The position numbers and the translations under genes were made by a program. From a virus (lineage: Duplodnaviria > Caudoviricetes), in the IMG/VR virus record IMGVR_UViG_3300037195_000566, positions 1-35,053 of that record: DNA of 35,053 nucleotides, one strand, 5' to 3'. Position 1 is the stretch's first letter. Every line of letters begins with the position of its first letter. The notes under the pieces are model-generated. The model searched no databases. It was not told the DNA's origin and saw only the letters and a list, made by a program, of their open reading frames with translations. This document shows positions 15,680 to 25,823 of the stretch, one piece after another.

Positions 15680-17201
15680 TTTTCAATATAAACCAGAAGG
15701 ACAAACATTAAAAACCTTTATGAAGTCTAATGACTTCTTTAGAGGAATGAGAGGGCCAGTTGGTTCAGGCAAATCAGTTGCCTGTTGTATAGAAATATTT
15801 CGTAGAGCATTACTTCAAGAGAAGAATAGGGAAGGAAAAAGAAGAACAAGGTGGGCGGTAATAAGAAACACAAATCCACAATTAAAAACAACAACAATTA
15901 AAACATGGTTAGATTGGTTCCCTGAAGATGTGTGGGGAGACTTTGCCTGGTCTGTTCCTTATACCCATAGAATAATAAAAGGTGATTTAGATATAGAAGT
16001 TATATTTCTAGCTCTTGATAGACCAGAAGATGTAAAGAAATTACTATCTTTAGAACTTACTGGTGTATGGATTAATGAAGCTAGAGAAATACCTAAATCA
16101 ATTATAGATGCTTGTACTATGAGGGTAGGAAGATTCCCCTCAATGAGAGATGGTGGAGCAACATGGTATGGAGTTATGGCCGATACTAATGCTCCAGAAG
16201 AAGATCATTGGTGGCCCATAATGGCAGCAGATGTTCCTGTACCAGATCACATATCCAGAGAAGAAGCTTTAATGTTAATTAAACCTGATAACTGGTCTTT
16301 CTATTCACAACCACCTGCGCTAAATGAAAAGAAAGATAAGGATGGAATGACTACTGCTTATGATCCAAATGATCTTGCAGAAAATAAAAAAAACTTAACT
16401 CCTAAATATTATTCAAATATTATTAGAGGTAAAACAAAAGGATGGATTGATGTTTATGTTTTAAATAAACTTGGATCAATTGAAGAAGGTAAACCTGTCT
16501 ATCCAAATTTTAGACAAGAATTACATTGTGCTGTCGAACCTTTAGAACCAAATGTAATGCAACCTCTATTTATAGGAATTGATTTTGGATTAACTCCTGC
16601 AGCAGTCTTTGCTCAAAGATTACTTACAGGAAGATGGCATATCCTAAATGAGTTAGTTTGTTTTGATATGGGGGTGATGAGATTTTCGGAATTACTCAGA
16701 GGAGAAATAAGAAAATACTATAGAAATTATGATGTTCAAATCTACGGTGATCCTTCAGGAGATTTTAGATCACAAACAGATGAAAGAACTCCTTTTCAAA
16801 TTATGAGAAACTATGGATTAAAAGCATTACCTGCTCCATCTAATGATGTTGCTTTAAGAATAGAATCAGTAGATGCAGCTCTATCTAGATTGTTAGATGG
16901 TAAAGCTGGTTTCTTGCTAGACAAAAAATGTATTAATTTAAAAAAGGGTTTTAACGGTGGTTATCACTATCGAAGACTTCAAACATCAGGAGATAGATAT
17001 GATGAAAAACCATTTAAGAATAGATACTCCCACGTTCACGATGCTCTCCAATATTTAATGATGGGTGCTGGTGAAGGTAGAACTCTCCTTTCAGGTAAAT
17101 CACAAGCTAAGCCTACAATAGTTAAAAAGGAATGGGATGTATTTGCAGGACAAAAACGAAAGACAAGAAAAGTATGGGATCTATTCAAGAGGAATGGTTA
17201 G
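15669..17201 (+). CDS. terL: Terminase large subunit
   Basis: Walker A GPVGSGKS, Walker B WINEARE, coupling motif DTN, nuclease motif GIDFGLTPA, C-terminal HVHDALQY. Confidence 0.95.
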   Translation: MSINFQYKPEGQTLKTFMKSNDFFRGMRGPVGSGKSVACCIEIFRRALLQEKNREGKRRTRWAVIRNTNPQLKTTTIKTWLDWFPEDVWGDFAWSVPYTHRIIKGDLDIEVIFLALDRPEDVKKLLSLELTGVWINEAREIPKSIIDACTMRVGRFPSMRDGGATWYGVMADTNAPEEDHWWPIMAADVPVPDHISREEALMLIKPDNWSFYSQPPALNEKKDKDGMTTAYDPNDLAENKKNLTPKYYSNIIRGKTKGWIDVYVLNKLGSIEEGKPVYPNFRQELHCAVEPLEPNVMQPLFIGIDFGLTPAAVFAQRLLTGRWHILNELVCFDMGVMRFSELLRGEIRKYYRNYDVQIYGDPSGDFRSQTDERTPFQIMRNYGLKALPAPSNDVALRIESVDAALSRLLDGKAGFLLDKKCINLKKGFNGGYHYRRLQTSGDRYDEKPFKNRYSHVHDALQYLMMGAGEGRTLLSGKSQAKPTIVKKEWDVFAGQKRKTRKVWDLFKRNG

Positions 17202-17611
17202 TTTATTTTTTTGAAAGTAAATCAAGATATTCCAAATATTTATGGTGGTGGAAACATAAACCAGGATTTACTCATTGTGGAGCTTTAAAATATATAGCTG
17301 ATAAAGATGTGTGGGAACATATACAAGGAACTCATGCAGGTATTAGATCTGAAATACTTGATCCAAATGCGGCATCAGATTTATTAGCTAAATTATATCA
17401 CTCTAAAATATTAGTATGCCCAGTTAAAGATGATTGGCATTTTGTAAATTTAAATCTATTAAGTTGTGTAACATTTACAATGAAATTAATAGGATTTTAC
17501 AGATGGTGGATTATTACTCCTTACCAACTATATTGTGCGTTGCTAAATGCTGGATATAAGCCATTTTGGAAAAAAAGGGAAAATCATGGCCAAAAAACCA
17601 AAAACACCTAA
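17174..17611 (+). CDS. Hypothetical protein, possibly permuted papain-like (His before Cys)
   Basis: GFTHC ... LSCV ... TPYQL. Start likely MGSIQEEW. Confidence 0.55.
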   Translation: MGSIQEEWLVYFFESKSRYSKYLWWWKHKPGFTHCGALKYIADKDVWEHIQGTHAGIRSEILDPNAASDLLAKLYHSKILVCPVKDDWHFVNLNLLSCVTFTMKLIGFYRWWIITPYQLYCALLNAGYKPFWKKRENHGQKTKNT

Positions 17612-17750
17612 TGAGATCATTGAAGCTATTGAAGACTTACACGCACAAGAACAAGATCTATTAGAGCAATTAAAAAAAATAATTAACCCTGATGATGACG
17701 ATTTTAACGATGATGACTTTGACCGTAATGATTTTATGGATGACAAATAA
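17586..17750 (+). CDS. Small protein with highly acidic C-terminal tail
   Basis: MAKKPK...PDDDDFNDDDFDRNDFMDDK; SD AGGGA. Confidence 0.6.
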   Translation: MAKKPKTPNEIIEAIEDLHAQEQDLLEQLKKIINPDDDDFNDDDFDRNDFMDDK

Positions 17751-18430
17751 TGGGTGGTGATACTAACAGCGGAGCTGGTGATACAGAAGTTTCAGCATAT
17801 GAAGCTGAAATCACAAAACAAAATAAAGGCACTAAAAAAGAAATAAATAAAGGTGTTAACATTACAACTTATGCCGACAGAAAAGTTGATACAGCTAAAA
17901 ATACAAAAACTTTTCATGAATCAGGTAAAGTAGATAAAATTGAAAGTCCATTTCTTTTACTGAATGCTGGTAAAGATTTATTAAATAAAGGTTCAGTTGT
18001 AACTAGAGAATTTTTTACAGGTAAAGTTTTAAATAAAGGTATTAAACATAAAGGAACTCATATTAGTAAAACAGCATTTGAGCAAATGTCATTAGAAAAA
18101 CAAAATGAAATTTATGCTGGTTATATGGAAGAAAGAATGTCTGGTAAAACAGATGCTTATGGTAATCCTACAGGTGGATGGAGAAAGGAAACTGTTAAAC
18201 ATAAAAATAAAGATGGAACATATACTACTAAAGAAGTATGGGTGGGTGGTAATGATGGTGATAATAGAAAAACAGAATTACAAATAGAAACAGAATCATC
18301 AACAGCTTCAAAACAAGAAGAAGCCGAAGTTAAAATTTCGGAAGAAGAATATAAAAAAAAACGAGGATTGAAAGGATCAAGATCAATGTTTAGCAATGCA
18401 GGTGGTCGTGGTTTTCTTGATCCAGTATAA
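17750..18430 (+). CDS. Pre-portal hypothetical (virion-associated) protein
   Basis: ORF track; C-terminal KKRG..GSRS.F...G..G.L is typical of the gene before podoviral portals. Confidence 0.65.
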   Translation: MGGDTNSGAGDTEVSAYEAEITKQNKGTKKEINKGVNITTYADRKVDTAKNTKTFHESGKVDKIESPFLLLNAGKDLLNKGSVVTREFFTGKVLNKGIKHKGTHISKTAFEQMSLEKQNEIYAGYMEERMSGKTDAYGNPTGGWRKETVKHKNKDGTYTTKEVWVGGNDGDNRKTELQIETESSTASKQEEAEVKISEEEYKKKRGLKGSRSMFSNAGGRGFLDPV

Positions 18431-18432
18431 TT

Positions 18433-19995
18433 ATGGAATATATAGCAACAGAAGATACACAATCATACGGATCAACAGATAAAGCTACTGAGATTCTTAA
18501 AAAATATAAAGAAGCTCAAAACATAAAAGATTATTGGAAGGATAAATTCGAAGAAGCATATGAATATTGTTTACCTAATCGTGAGTCTTTTTATAATGAA
18601 TCCCCAGGACAAAAGCGCACCGATAAGATTTTTGATGAAACCGCTGTTGTTGGAGTACAAGAATTTGCATCTAGACTCCAAGCAGGAATTACACCAACAT
18701 TCGCTAGATGGGCAGATTTTCAAGCAGGTTCAGAAATCCCACAAGAACAAAAATCATTCATCAATCTCGAATTAGATAAAATTACTGATTACGTATTTCA
18801 AGTATTACAACAATCAAACTTTAATCAAGAGATACATGAAGCATTTATGGATCTTGCTATTGGTACAGGAATTATGCTTGTTGAAGAAGGTGATGCAGTT
18901 AATCCAATTAAATTTACATCAGTACCTTTAACAAGAGTATGTTTAAATAATGGGCCTGATGGAAAAATAGATACAATCTATAGAACAAGAATATGTAAAC
19001 CAGAAGAAGTAAAAATTCTTTATCCAAGAGCAGAGTTACCAGAAAATTTTGACATATTAAGAAATAAAAAGAAAGTTAAACTTATTGAAGCTATTTATAA
19101 AGTTTATGAAGACAATGTAGAAAAATATAAATTCTGTGTTGTTATGGAAAATCCTAAAGCAATTATCTTAGAAGAATATTATGAAGGCGAAGGTTCAAAT
19201 CCTTATTTAGTATTTAGATGGAATAAAGCATCAGGCGAGGTATATGGTAGAGGCCCAGTATTTAATGCAATGGGGGCAATTAAAACTTGTAACCTTACAA
19301 TAGAATTAATATTACAAAATGCACAAATGTCAGTAAGTGGAGTTTATACTTACGAAGATGATGGTGTAATTAATCCTGATAATATTTCCCTTGTACCAGG
19401 ATCTTTAATACCTGTAGCTCCAGGTTCAAAAGGCCTCTTACCAATTCAGGCAGCATCTAATTTTGATGTTGCCCAGTTGGTATTAAATGATATGAGGCAA
19501 AATATTAAAAAAGCTTTATACATGGAAGCGTTAGGAAGACCTGAAGGAACTCCTATGACTGCTACCGAAGTTTCAGAAAGAATGGCAGATCTATCAAGAC
19601 AGATAGGATCTTCTTTTGGAAGACTTCAATCTGAATTAATAACTCCATTATTGAAAAGAATTATTAGAATTTTATCTAAACAAGGTAGAATAGAAATCCC
19701 TAAAGTAAACGGTAGGGAAGTAAAAATAGCACCTCGTTCACCTCTAGCACAAGCACAACATTTACAAGATGTTGCAGATGTAACTCGTTTCAATGAAATA
19801 ATAGCAGGAACATTTGGCCCACAAATGATTAACTTAATTGTGGATCAAAATGAAACTGCAAAATATTTAGCTGAAAAAATGAACTTACCTGAAAAACTTA
19901 TTAGAAATGAACAAGAACAAAAACAATTATTAGATCGTTTACAACAATTAAATCAAAGTCCAGAAGAAGGAGGAGAAGCTCCACCAGGAGCATAA
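18433..19995 (+). CDS. Portal (head-to-tail connector) protein, T7 gp8-like
   Basis: IFDETA, DLAIGTG, RW.K.SGEVYGRGP, MTATEV.ER; 520 aa. Confidence 0.95.
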   Translation: MEYIATEDTQSYGSTDKATEILKKYKEAQNIKDYWKDKFEEAYEYCLPNRESFYNESPGQKRTDKIFDETAVVGVQEFASRLQAGITPTFARWADFQAGSEIPQEQKSFINLELDKITDYVFQVLQQSNFNQEIHEAFMDLAIGTGIMLVEEGDAVNPIKFTSVPLTRVCLNNGPDGKIDTIYRTRICKPEEVKILYPRAELPENFDILRNKKKVKLIEAIYKVYEDNVEKYKFCVVMENPKAIILEEYYEGEGSNPYLVFRWNKASGEVYGRGPVFNAMGAIKTCNLTIELILQNAQMSVSGVYTYEDDGVINPDNISLVPGSLIPVAPGSKGLLPIQAASNFDVAQLVLNDMRQNIKKALYMEALGRPEGTPMTATEVSERMADLSRQIGSSFGRLQSELITPLLKRIIRILSKQGRIEIPKVNGREVKIAPRSPLAQAQHLQDVADVTRFNEIIAGTFGPQMINLIVDQNETAKYLAEKMNLPEKLIRNEQEQKQLLDRLQQLNQSPEEGGEAPPGA

Positions 19996-19996
19996 T

Positions 19997-20278
19997 ATGA
20001 CATGGGATTCGTTAAAGAAAGAAAAACCAAAAATTGGAACAAGTGTTGATGGTTATGTAAGATCTGAAAAAGATGAACAGACCTTAAATAAACATTTTGC
20101 CAACACTTTTAAATGTGATGAAGGCAAAAAAGTTTTAGAATACTTGCAATCAATAACTACTGAAGCAGTTGCTGGGCCTAATATAACTAGCAATCAATTA
20201 TTTCATATTGAAGGTATGAGATTTTTAGTAGGAATAATCAAAACAAGAACAAAAAAAGGAGAACAAGATGGCAGATGA
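19997..20278 (+). CDS. Bbp19-like small protein after the portal
   Basis: F..DEGKKVL.YL ... EGMR.LV..I; position after portal. Confidence 0.75.
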   Translation: MTWDSLKKEKPKIGTSVDGYVRSEKDEQTLNKHFANTFKCDEGKKVLEYLQSITTEAVAGPNITSNQLFHIEGMRFLVGIIKTRTKKGEQDGR

Positions 20279-21014
20279 TAATGCTGAAGTTTCAGCACCA
20301 ATCGCTACAGAAGCACCTTCTGAAGCAGCAAAACCTGAATATGTGCAGGATAAGTTTTGGAATGAAACTACTAAAGAAGTTAACATAGAAAACCTTGCTT
20401 CAAGTTATAATTCACTTGAAACAAAATTAGGATCTAGAACAGAAGATTTAACTAAACAAATTAGAACAGATCTTGAAGCTGAAAAAATGAAGAATGTTCC
20501 AGAATCTTATAAACTTAATGTACCTGAAATGGAAAATTCAAAAGTTTCTGTTTCAGAAGATATGCCTATTGTTAAGTGGTGGGGAGAAACCGCTAAGTCA
20601 TCAGGTTTATCACAAGAACAATATGATTCAGGAGTTAAAGCATTTGTTGAAAATGCTGTAGCTAATTTACCTAATCCAGATCTTGAAAGACAAAAATTAG
20701 GAGATGCTGGTAAGGAAAGAGTAGAAGCTGCATCAATGTGGTCAAAAAAAAACTTAACACCTGAAGGTTATTCTACAATAGCTGATTTAGCTGGAACTGC
20801 TAATGGAGTAAAAGTTATTGAAGAATTAATGAAATTAACAAAAGATACAAGTATGCCTACATCACCTACACAAGTAGATGTTGCCGCTACCTCTGATGAT
20901 TTGAAATCAATGCTAAATGATCCTCGTTATTACGATAGTGCAAAACGAGATCCTGCATATGTAAGACGAGTAACGGAGTTATATGAGAAGGCTTACAAAG
21001 GACAAAACAACTAA
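20268..21014 (+). CDS. Capsid scaffolding protein
   Basis: Acidic; KPE....KFW, SY..LE.KLG, GLSQEQ, M..DPRY; lies between portal and capsid. Confidence 0.8.
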   Translation: MADDNAEVSAPIATEAPSEAAKPEYVQDKFWNETTKEVNIENLASSYNSLETKLGSRTEDLTKQIRTDLEAEKMKNVPESYKLNVPEMENSKVSVSEDMPIVKWWGETAKSSGLSQEQYDSGVKAFVENAVANLPNPDLERQKLGDAGKERVEAASMWSKKNLTPEGYSTIADLAGTANGVKVIEELMKLTKDTSMPTSPTQVDVAATSDDLKSMLNDPRYYDSAKRDPAYVRRVTELYEKAYKGQNN

Positions 21015-21255
21015 AGCTAAGTTTAAATTTAAAAAATTAAAAAAACCTTTTAAATGGCTAGATTGTGTTAGTCAAACAGGTTGGTTGACTACTGCCGAAA
21101 TTGAAGCGGCAGTACCTGCTAAATGTATCACAGGTGATTTTTGGGTTTATAAAGATACAGATGATTTTATTACTCTTTTTGGCACTTATTCTTATGATGA
21201 AAAAGGTGCAATAGAATTTGGTGAAGTAATTACTATTCCTAAACAATGGATTTAA
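20983..21255 (+). CDS. Hypothetical protein
   Basis: W.D......GW ... TIP..W pattern common to small phage proteins. Confidence 0.6.
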   Translation: MRRLTKDKTTKAKFKFKKLKKPFKWLDCVSQTGWLTTAEIEAAVPAKCITGDFWVYKDTDDFITLFGTYSYDEKGAIEFGEVITIPKQWI

Positions 21256-21403
21256 TGTGCGTTGCCAACAATATCCTTAATACAATATTTCTCTATTAAG
21301 ACCTTTAGAATGTTTAATGTTAGCCCTTAATTCAAGGACAACTTTCCTCTGCATTAAAAAGATAATCGGTAATAATAATAACTAACAAGAAGGACATAAT
21401 ACA

Positions 21404-22234
21404 ATGGCAAGTTCAATAACAAATGCCTTTATTACTCAGTTCGAAGCTGAAGTTCATATGGCTTACCAAAGAATGGGAAGCAAATTGAAAAATTTAGTTA
21501 GAACAGTTAATGGTGTTAATGGTTCTACTGTTAAGTTCCAAAAAGTTGCAAAAGGTTCTGCAAATACTAAAGCAAGACATGCTGAAGTAGTTGCAATGGA
21601 TCTAGCTCACACAGCAGTGAGTGCAACACTTACGGATTACTATGCAGCAGATTACGTTGACAAACTTGACGAGTTAAAGGTTAATATTGATGAAAGACAA
21701 GTTGTAGCTCAATCAGCGGCTTGGGCACTAGGCAGAAAAACTGACGAAGTGCTTATAGCTATACTAGATGCGGCTACTTCTATTGCTGTCAATGTCAACT
21801 CTGATGCAGTGGAAACAATGTCATTAGTTAAAGCTAAGAACATGATGGAAGTATTTAACGGAAATGATGTTCCAGATGACAATCAACGATACTGGGCAGT
21901 TGGGCCAAGACAATGGTCTGACCTATTATCAGTTGATCAGTTTTCTAGAGTAGAGTATGTTGGCCCTAACGAATTACCATTCGCTAACGGTGCAACAGCT
22001 AAAAGATGGATGGGTTTCCTATTCTTCGTACACTCTGGATTATCACTATCTGGTGACGACAGAAAAACATTAGCTTTTCACAAATCAGCAGTTGGCCTAG
22101 GTATTGGGTCAGACGTCAAAACTGAAGTTAACTACATTCCAGAAAAAGTATCTCACTTAATTACTTCTATGATTTCATTAGGTGCAGTAGAAATTGATGG
22201 CAATGCAGCAAGAGTTCAGCTTTCTGACGAATAA
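21404..22234 (+). CDS. Major capsid protein
   Basis: MASSITNAFITQF...Q..GSKL, ALGRK.D, WMGF.F; SD AAGGA; position after scaffold. Confidence 0.9.
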   Translation: MASSITNAFITQFEAEVHMAYQRMGSKLKNLVRTVNGVNGSTVKFQKVAKGSANTKARHAEVVAMDLAHTAVSATLTDYYAADYVDKLDELKVNIDERQVVAQSAAWALGRKTDEVLIAILDAATSIAVNVNSDAVETMSLVKAKNMMEVFNGNDVPDDNQRYWAVGPRQWSDLLSVDQFSRVEYVGPNELPFANGATAKRWMGFLFFVHSGLSLSGDDRKTLAFHKSAVGLGIGSDVKTEVNYIPEKVSHLITSMISLGAVEIDGNAARVQLSDE

Positions 22235-22255
22235 TAACTAAAGGAGATAAACAAT

Positions 22256-22504
22256 ATGGCATACGCAACATCAAATCCCATCAAGAAAATTTCTCAGATG
22301 GGTGCCTCTAATGCTCTTTGGTATTATACTGACGGAGATGCAATTGGCACAATAGATGATGCAGATTACTTTTTAACCGACTACGCAAACCTTACCGCAG
22401 GAGACATAATTTTTGTCAACAGTGGTGGTTCAAATGCTGTAGTTGATATATTAATAGTATCAGCTTCGTCTTCAAGCACTGTAACAACAGTAATATTAGC
22501 TTAA
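22256..22504 (+). CDS. Probable capsid decoration/cement protein
   Basis: Strong SD; follows the capsid gene and precedes a hairpin; YF.....L..GD.I. Confidence 0.6.
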   Translation: MAYATSNPIKKISQMGASNALWYYTDGDAIGTIDDADYFLTDYANLTAGDIIFVNSGGSNAVVDILIVSASSSSTVTTVILA

Positions 22505-22515
22505 GGCTAAACTAA

Positions 22516-22539
22516 CTTGGGGGAAGCAATTCCCCCAGG
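22516..22539 (+). terminator. GC-rich hairpin after the capsid operon (leaky terminator)
   Basis: CTTGGGGGAA-GCAA-TTCCCCCAGG with a GNRA loop and a weak U-tract. Confidence 0.65.
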
Positions 22540-22552
22540 TACTTAAAAAATT

Positions 22553-23152
22553 ATGGCAACAACAAGTATAGACATCTGTGCAAGAGCATTAGTAATGATA
22601 GGTGCGCAACCTATTTCTTCTTTCTCAGATGGAAGCACAGAAGCTTTAGTTGCATCAAATATTTATGATGATGTATGTGAAGCATCATTAACAAGACATA
22701 GATGGAGATTTGCAACTACTCAAAAAACATTATCATTATTAGCAGACTCTCCAACAGGAAGATATGACTATGGCTATCAAATGCCAACTGATCCTGCGGT
22801 ATTACAAATTATTTCAATTACAGTAAACGATTACGTAATTCCTTATTCAAGATACAAAGATTATATTTATGTAAATAGTTATGGTTCATCAAGTTCATTA
22901 GTGATGGATTATATTTATAAAGTTGGAGAAGGTTATTTTCCTCCTCATTTTAAATTAGCTTTAGAATATGAATTAGCTGCAGTCTTTGCAGGTTCTGTAG
23001 CTAGAGATTCAGCTATGATTAGACAATTCAAAGAACTAGCTGAAAGACAATTTCTTGTAGCTAAAAATATAGATTCTCAGGAAACAACTACAAAAGTTTT
23101 AGACACAAATAGATTTGTAAACTTGAGAAATTCTACAAGAACGGATGTATAA
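22553..23152 (+). CDS. Tail tubular protein A / adaptor (T7 gp11-like)
   Basis: IC..AL..IGA.PI, H.W.FA, Y..P.D; size and position. Confidence 0.85.
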   Translation: MATTSIDICARALVMIGAQPISSFSDGSTEALVASNIYDDVCEASLTRHRWRFATTQKTLSLLADSPTGRYDYGYQMPTDPAVLQIISITVNDYVIPYSRYKDYIYVNSYGSSSSLVMDYIYKVGEGYFPPHFKLALEYELAAVFAGSVARDSAMIRQFKELAERQFLVAKNIDSQETTTKVLDTNRFVNLRNSTRTDV

Positions 23153-25347
23153 TGGGAAGAACATTACGAACTGTTATAACCAATTTTTCATCAGGAGAGC
23201 TTAACCCATTATTAGCAACTCGTACTGATGTATCTTCATATTTTCAAGGTGCTAAAGAATGTAAAAATTTTGCTTTATTAGCAGAAGGTGGTTTAATGAG
23301 AAGACCAGGTACTTCTTATTTAGCAACACTTCCTGCAGAAAGTAGAATTATTCCATTTATATTTTCTGATGATGAAGTAGCTATAATTATATTATCTAAT
23401 AATAGAATGGATGTTTATAACACATCTGGTACAGTTATAACATCAAACTACACAACTAATTGTAATTGGACTACAGCTCAATTATTTGAATTAAACTTTG
23501 CTCAATTTGGAGATACAATTTTTATAACCCATAGAGAAAATGCAATAAGAAAAATATTTAGAGCTTCAGCATCATCATTTACTGTAAATACATTTTCATT
23601 TGATACTCATTCTTCTGGTTATCCAATATACGAACCATATTATAAATACGCAGATACTGCGACTACCATTTCCACAAGTGCTACAACAGGATCGGTAACA
23701 GTTACAGCAAGTGCAGATACTTTTTCTGCTTCTTGGGTAGGAGTTAAAATTAGAAAAGATTCCAAAACTATGACTATTACTGGATATACAAGTGCAACTG
23801 AAGTTACAGCTACAGTTAATGAAACATTAGCTAATACTACAGCTACTACTGATTGGGATGAACAATCTATTTCAGCTTTAAGAAAATATCCACAAGCTGT
23901 TACATTCCATGCAAAAAGATTATGGTTTGGTGGATTATATTCTAAACCTGCAGCAGTTATTGCATCTAAAATTTCTGAATATCATAACTTTGATGTTGAT
24001 GATGCAGATGATGCTGATGCTATTGATGTAGATATTTCTGGAGATCAAGTTAATGAAGTAAGACATATGTTATCAGGTAAAGATCTACAAATCTTTACTG
24101 ATGGTGGTGAATATTATGTTCCTGTATCTAGTACAGATAACACAATTACTCCATCTAATGTAAGTATTCAAAAACAAACTCCATACGGAATCTCAAGAAC
24201 AGCTCCTAAGATGTTTGATCTTGCAACAGGATTTGTTCAAAAGAACGGAAAAGCAATTAGAGAATTTATTTATTCAGATCTTGAAGATGGATATAAATCA
24301 ACTTCAGTTTCAATTCTTGCACAACATTTAATAGATAGCCCTAAAGAAATAGCTATCATGAAAGGTAATAATACAAGACCTGAACAATATGCTTTCTTTT
24401 TAAATAATGGAAGTACATACCCAGGTAAGTTATCTGTCTTTCATTCTGTTAGAGATGAAAAAATAGCAGGTTGGGTTCAATGGTCAACAAGAACAGGAGA
24501 TACTTTTCAATCAATAGCAGCTCTTAATGAAAATTTAATTACTGTTGGGAAAAGATCTTTAGATGGATCTACTGTATATACTTTAGAAAAATTTTCAGAT
24601 GATGATAGTACCACACTTGATTGCCAAACAACTTCAACATTAAATCAAAGAGGAACTCCTTTAGTTAAAGGTGGTTCACAAACAGGAACAACTTTAATTA
24701 CCGATGGTTTTACATCAGCACCCAAAGTAAATGAAAAATTTACAATAGCTGGAAACTCTACCGAATATACAATTTCATCATTAGTAGATAATAGTGGAGG
24801 AACATACACTTTAACATTAGATCAATCTTTAGCAGCAACTCCTGCGGATAATGCAGTTATTACTTTAACAGAAGGATATTTACATACTGTTAATGGAATT
24901 TATACAGCAGAATCAGTTAATGTAGTAGAAGGTAATAGTTCTATTGGAGCTTTTACGGTATCAGGTTCAGATACTATTACACTTACAAACGCACCCAAAG
25001 CAACAGCTTTAAAGGTTGGATTTAATTTTACACCAACTTTAGAAACTATGCCTATAGATAAAGAATTACCTGAAGGCCCATTAACAGGTCTTCCAAGAAG
25101 AATCTCAAGAGCTATCGTTGATATTAATACTACGCTTGATATGACTATCAAAGCTGCAGACAGCACCTCTAAAGCTTTAGTCGTTCAACAAGTATCAGAT
25201 GACGTTAGCTCTGACCTAGTTCCAGTAACATCTAAAAAAGAATTTTTCTTTTTAGGATATGATAAAAGTCCAACAATAACAATTTCACAAGATGATCCAT
25301 TACCTATAAAAATATTAGGAATGGCAGTAGAGGTAGTTTTTGCATGA
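23152..25347 (+). CDS. Tail tubular protein B / nozzle (T7 gp12-like)
   Basis: NFSSGEL.P.L..R.D, GG..RRPG, YP..V.FH..RL.FGG. Confidence 0.88.
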   Translation: MGRTLRTVITNFSSGELNPLLATRTDVSSYFQGAKECKNFALLAEGGLMRRPGTSYLATLPAESRIIPFIFSDDEVAIIILSNNRMDVYNTSGTVITSNYTTNCNWTTAQLFELNFAQFGDTIFITHRENAIRKIFRASASSFTVNTFSFDTHSSGYPIYEPYYKYADTATTISTSATTGSVTVTASADTFSASWVGVKIRKDSKTMTITGYTSATEVTATVNETLANTTATTDWDEQSISALRKYPQAVTFHAKRLWFGGLYSKPAAVIASKISEYHNFDVDDADDADAIDVDISGDQVNEVRHMLSGKDLQIFTDGGEYYVPVSSTDNTITPSNVSIQKQTPYGISRTAPKMFDLATGFVQKNGKAIREFIYSDLEDGYKSTSVSILAQHLIDSPKEIAIMKGNNTRPEQYAFFLNNGSTYPGKLSVFHSVRDEKIAGWVQWSTRTGDTFQSIAALNENLITVGKRSLDGSTVYTLEKFSDDDSTTLDCQTTSTLNQRGTPLVKGGSQTGTTLITDGFTSAPKVNEKFTIAGNSTEYTISSLVDNSGGTYTLTLDQSLAATPADNAVITLTEGYLHTVNGIYTAESVNVVEGNSSIGAFTVSGSDTITLTNAPKATALKVGFNFTPTLETMPIDKELPEGPLTGLPRRISRAIVDINTTLDMTIKAADSTSKALVVQQVSDDVSSDLVPVTSKKEFFFLGYDKSPTITISQDDPLPIKILGMAVEVVFA

Positions 25348-25787
25348 GTGCTGATCCAGTAACAATGTTTGTAATATCTGCAGGTAAAGCTCTATTTGAT
25401 ATTAAAGAATCTAAAAAACAAGCAAAGATTGAACAACGAAGGTATGAAGATCGTATTCTAAGAATAGCTGAAATAGCTAGACGTGAAGAAGAAGATAGAA
25501 TTGATGCATTAAAAAAAGCTCAAGCTCATAACTTAGCTATTCAAGCTGGAACAGGTTTTAGTATTGATAGTAGATCTTTTTTAAATATTCAAGATCAACA
25601 ATATATTAAAGCGGAAAAAGATATATCAACAATCAGACTCAACTTATCATCAGATATAAATGAACTGTCATTAGATTCACAGATGGCAAAATCACAACGT
25701 AAAAAAGAACAGTTTGGTGGATGGGCATCAATCTTAAGTTCAGGTTATGAATACAAAGCTAAAAAGGACAAATATGAAGCTCAATAA
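25344..25787 (+). CDS. Internal virion (ejection) protein, gp14-like
   Basis: MSADPVT start; helical; follows the nozzle gene. Confidence 0.65.
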   Translation: MSADPVTMFVISAGKALFDIKESKKQAKIEQRRYEDRILRIAEIARREEEDRIDALKKAQAHNLAIQAGTGFSIDSRSFLNIQDQQYIKAEKDISTIRLNLSSDINELSLDSQMAKSQRKKEQFGGWASILSSGYEYKAKKDKYEAQ

Positions 25788-25823
25788 ATTAATATTAATA
25801 TTTTTTTTTGGAGTATATCAATA

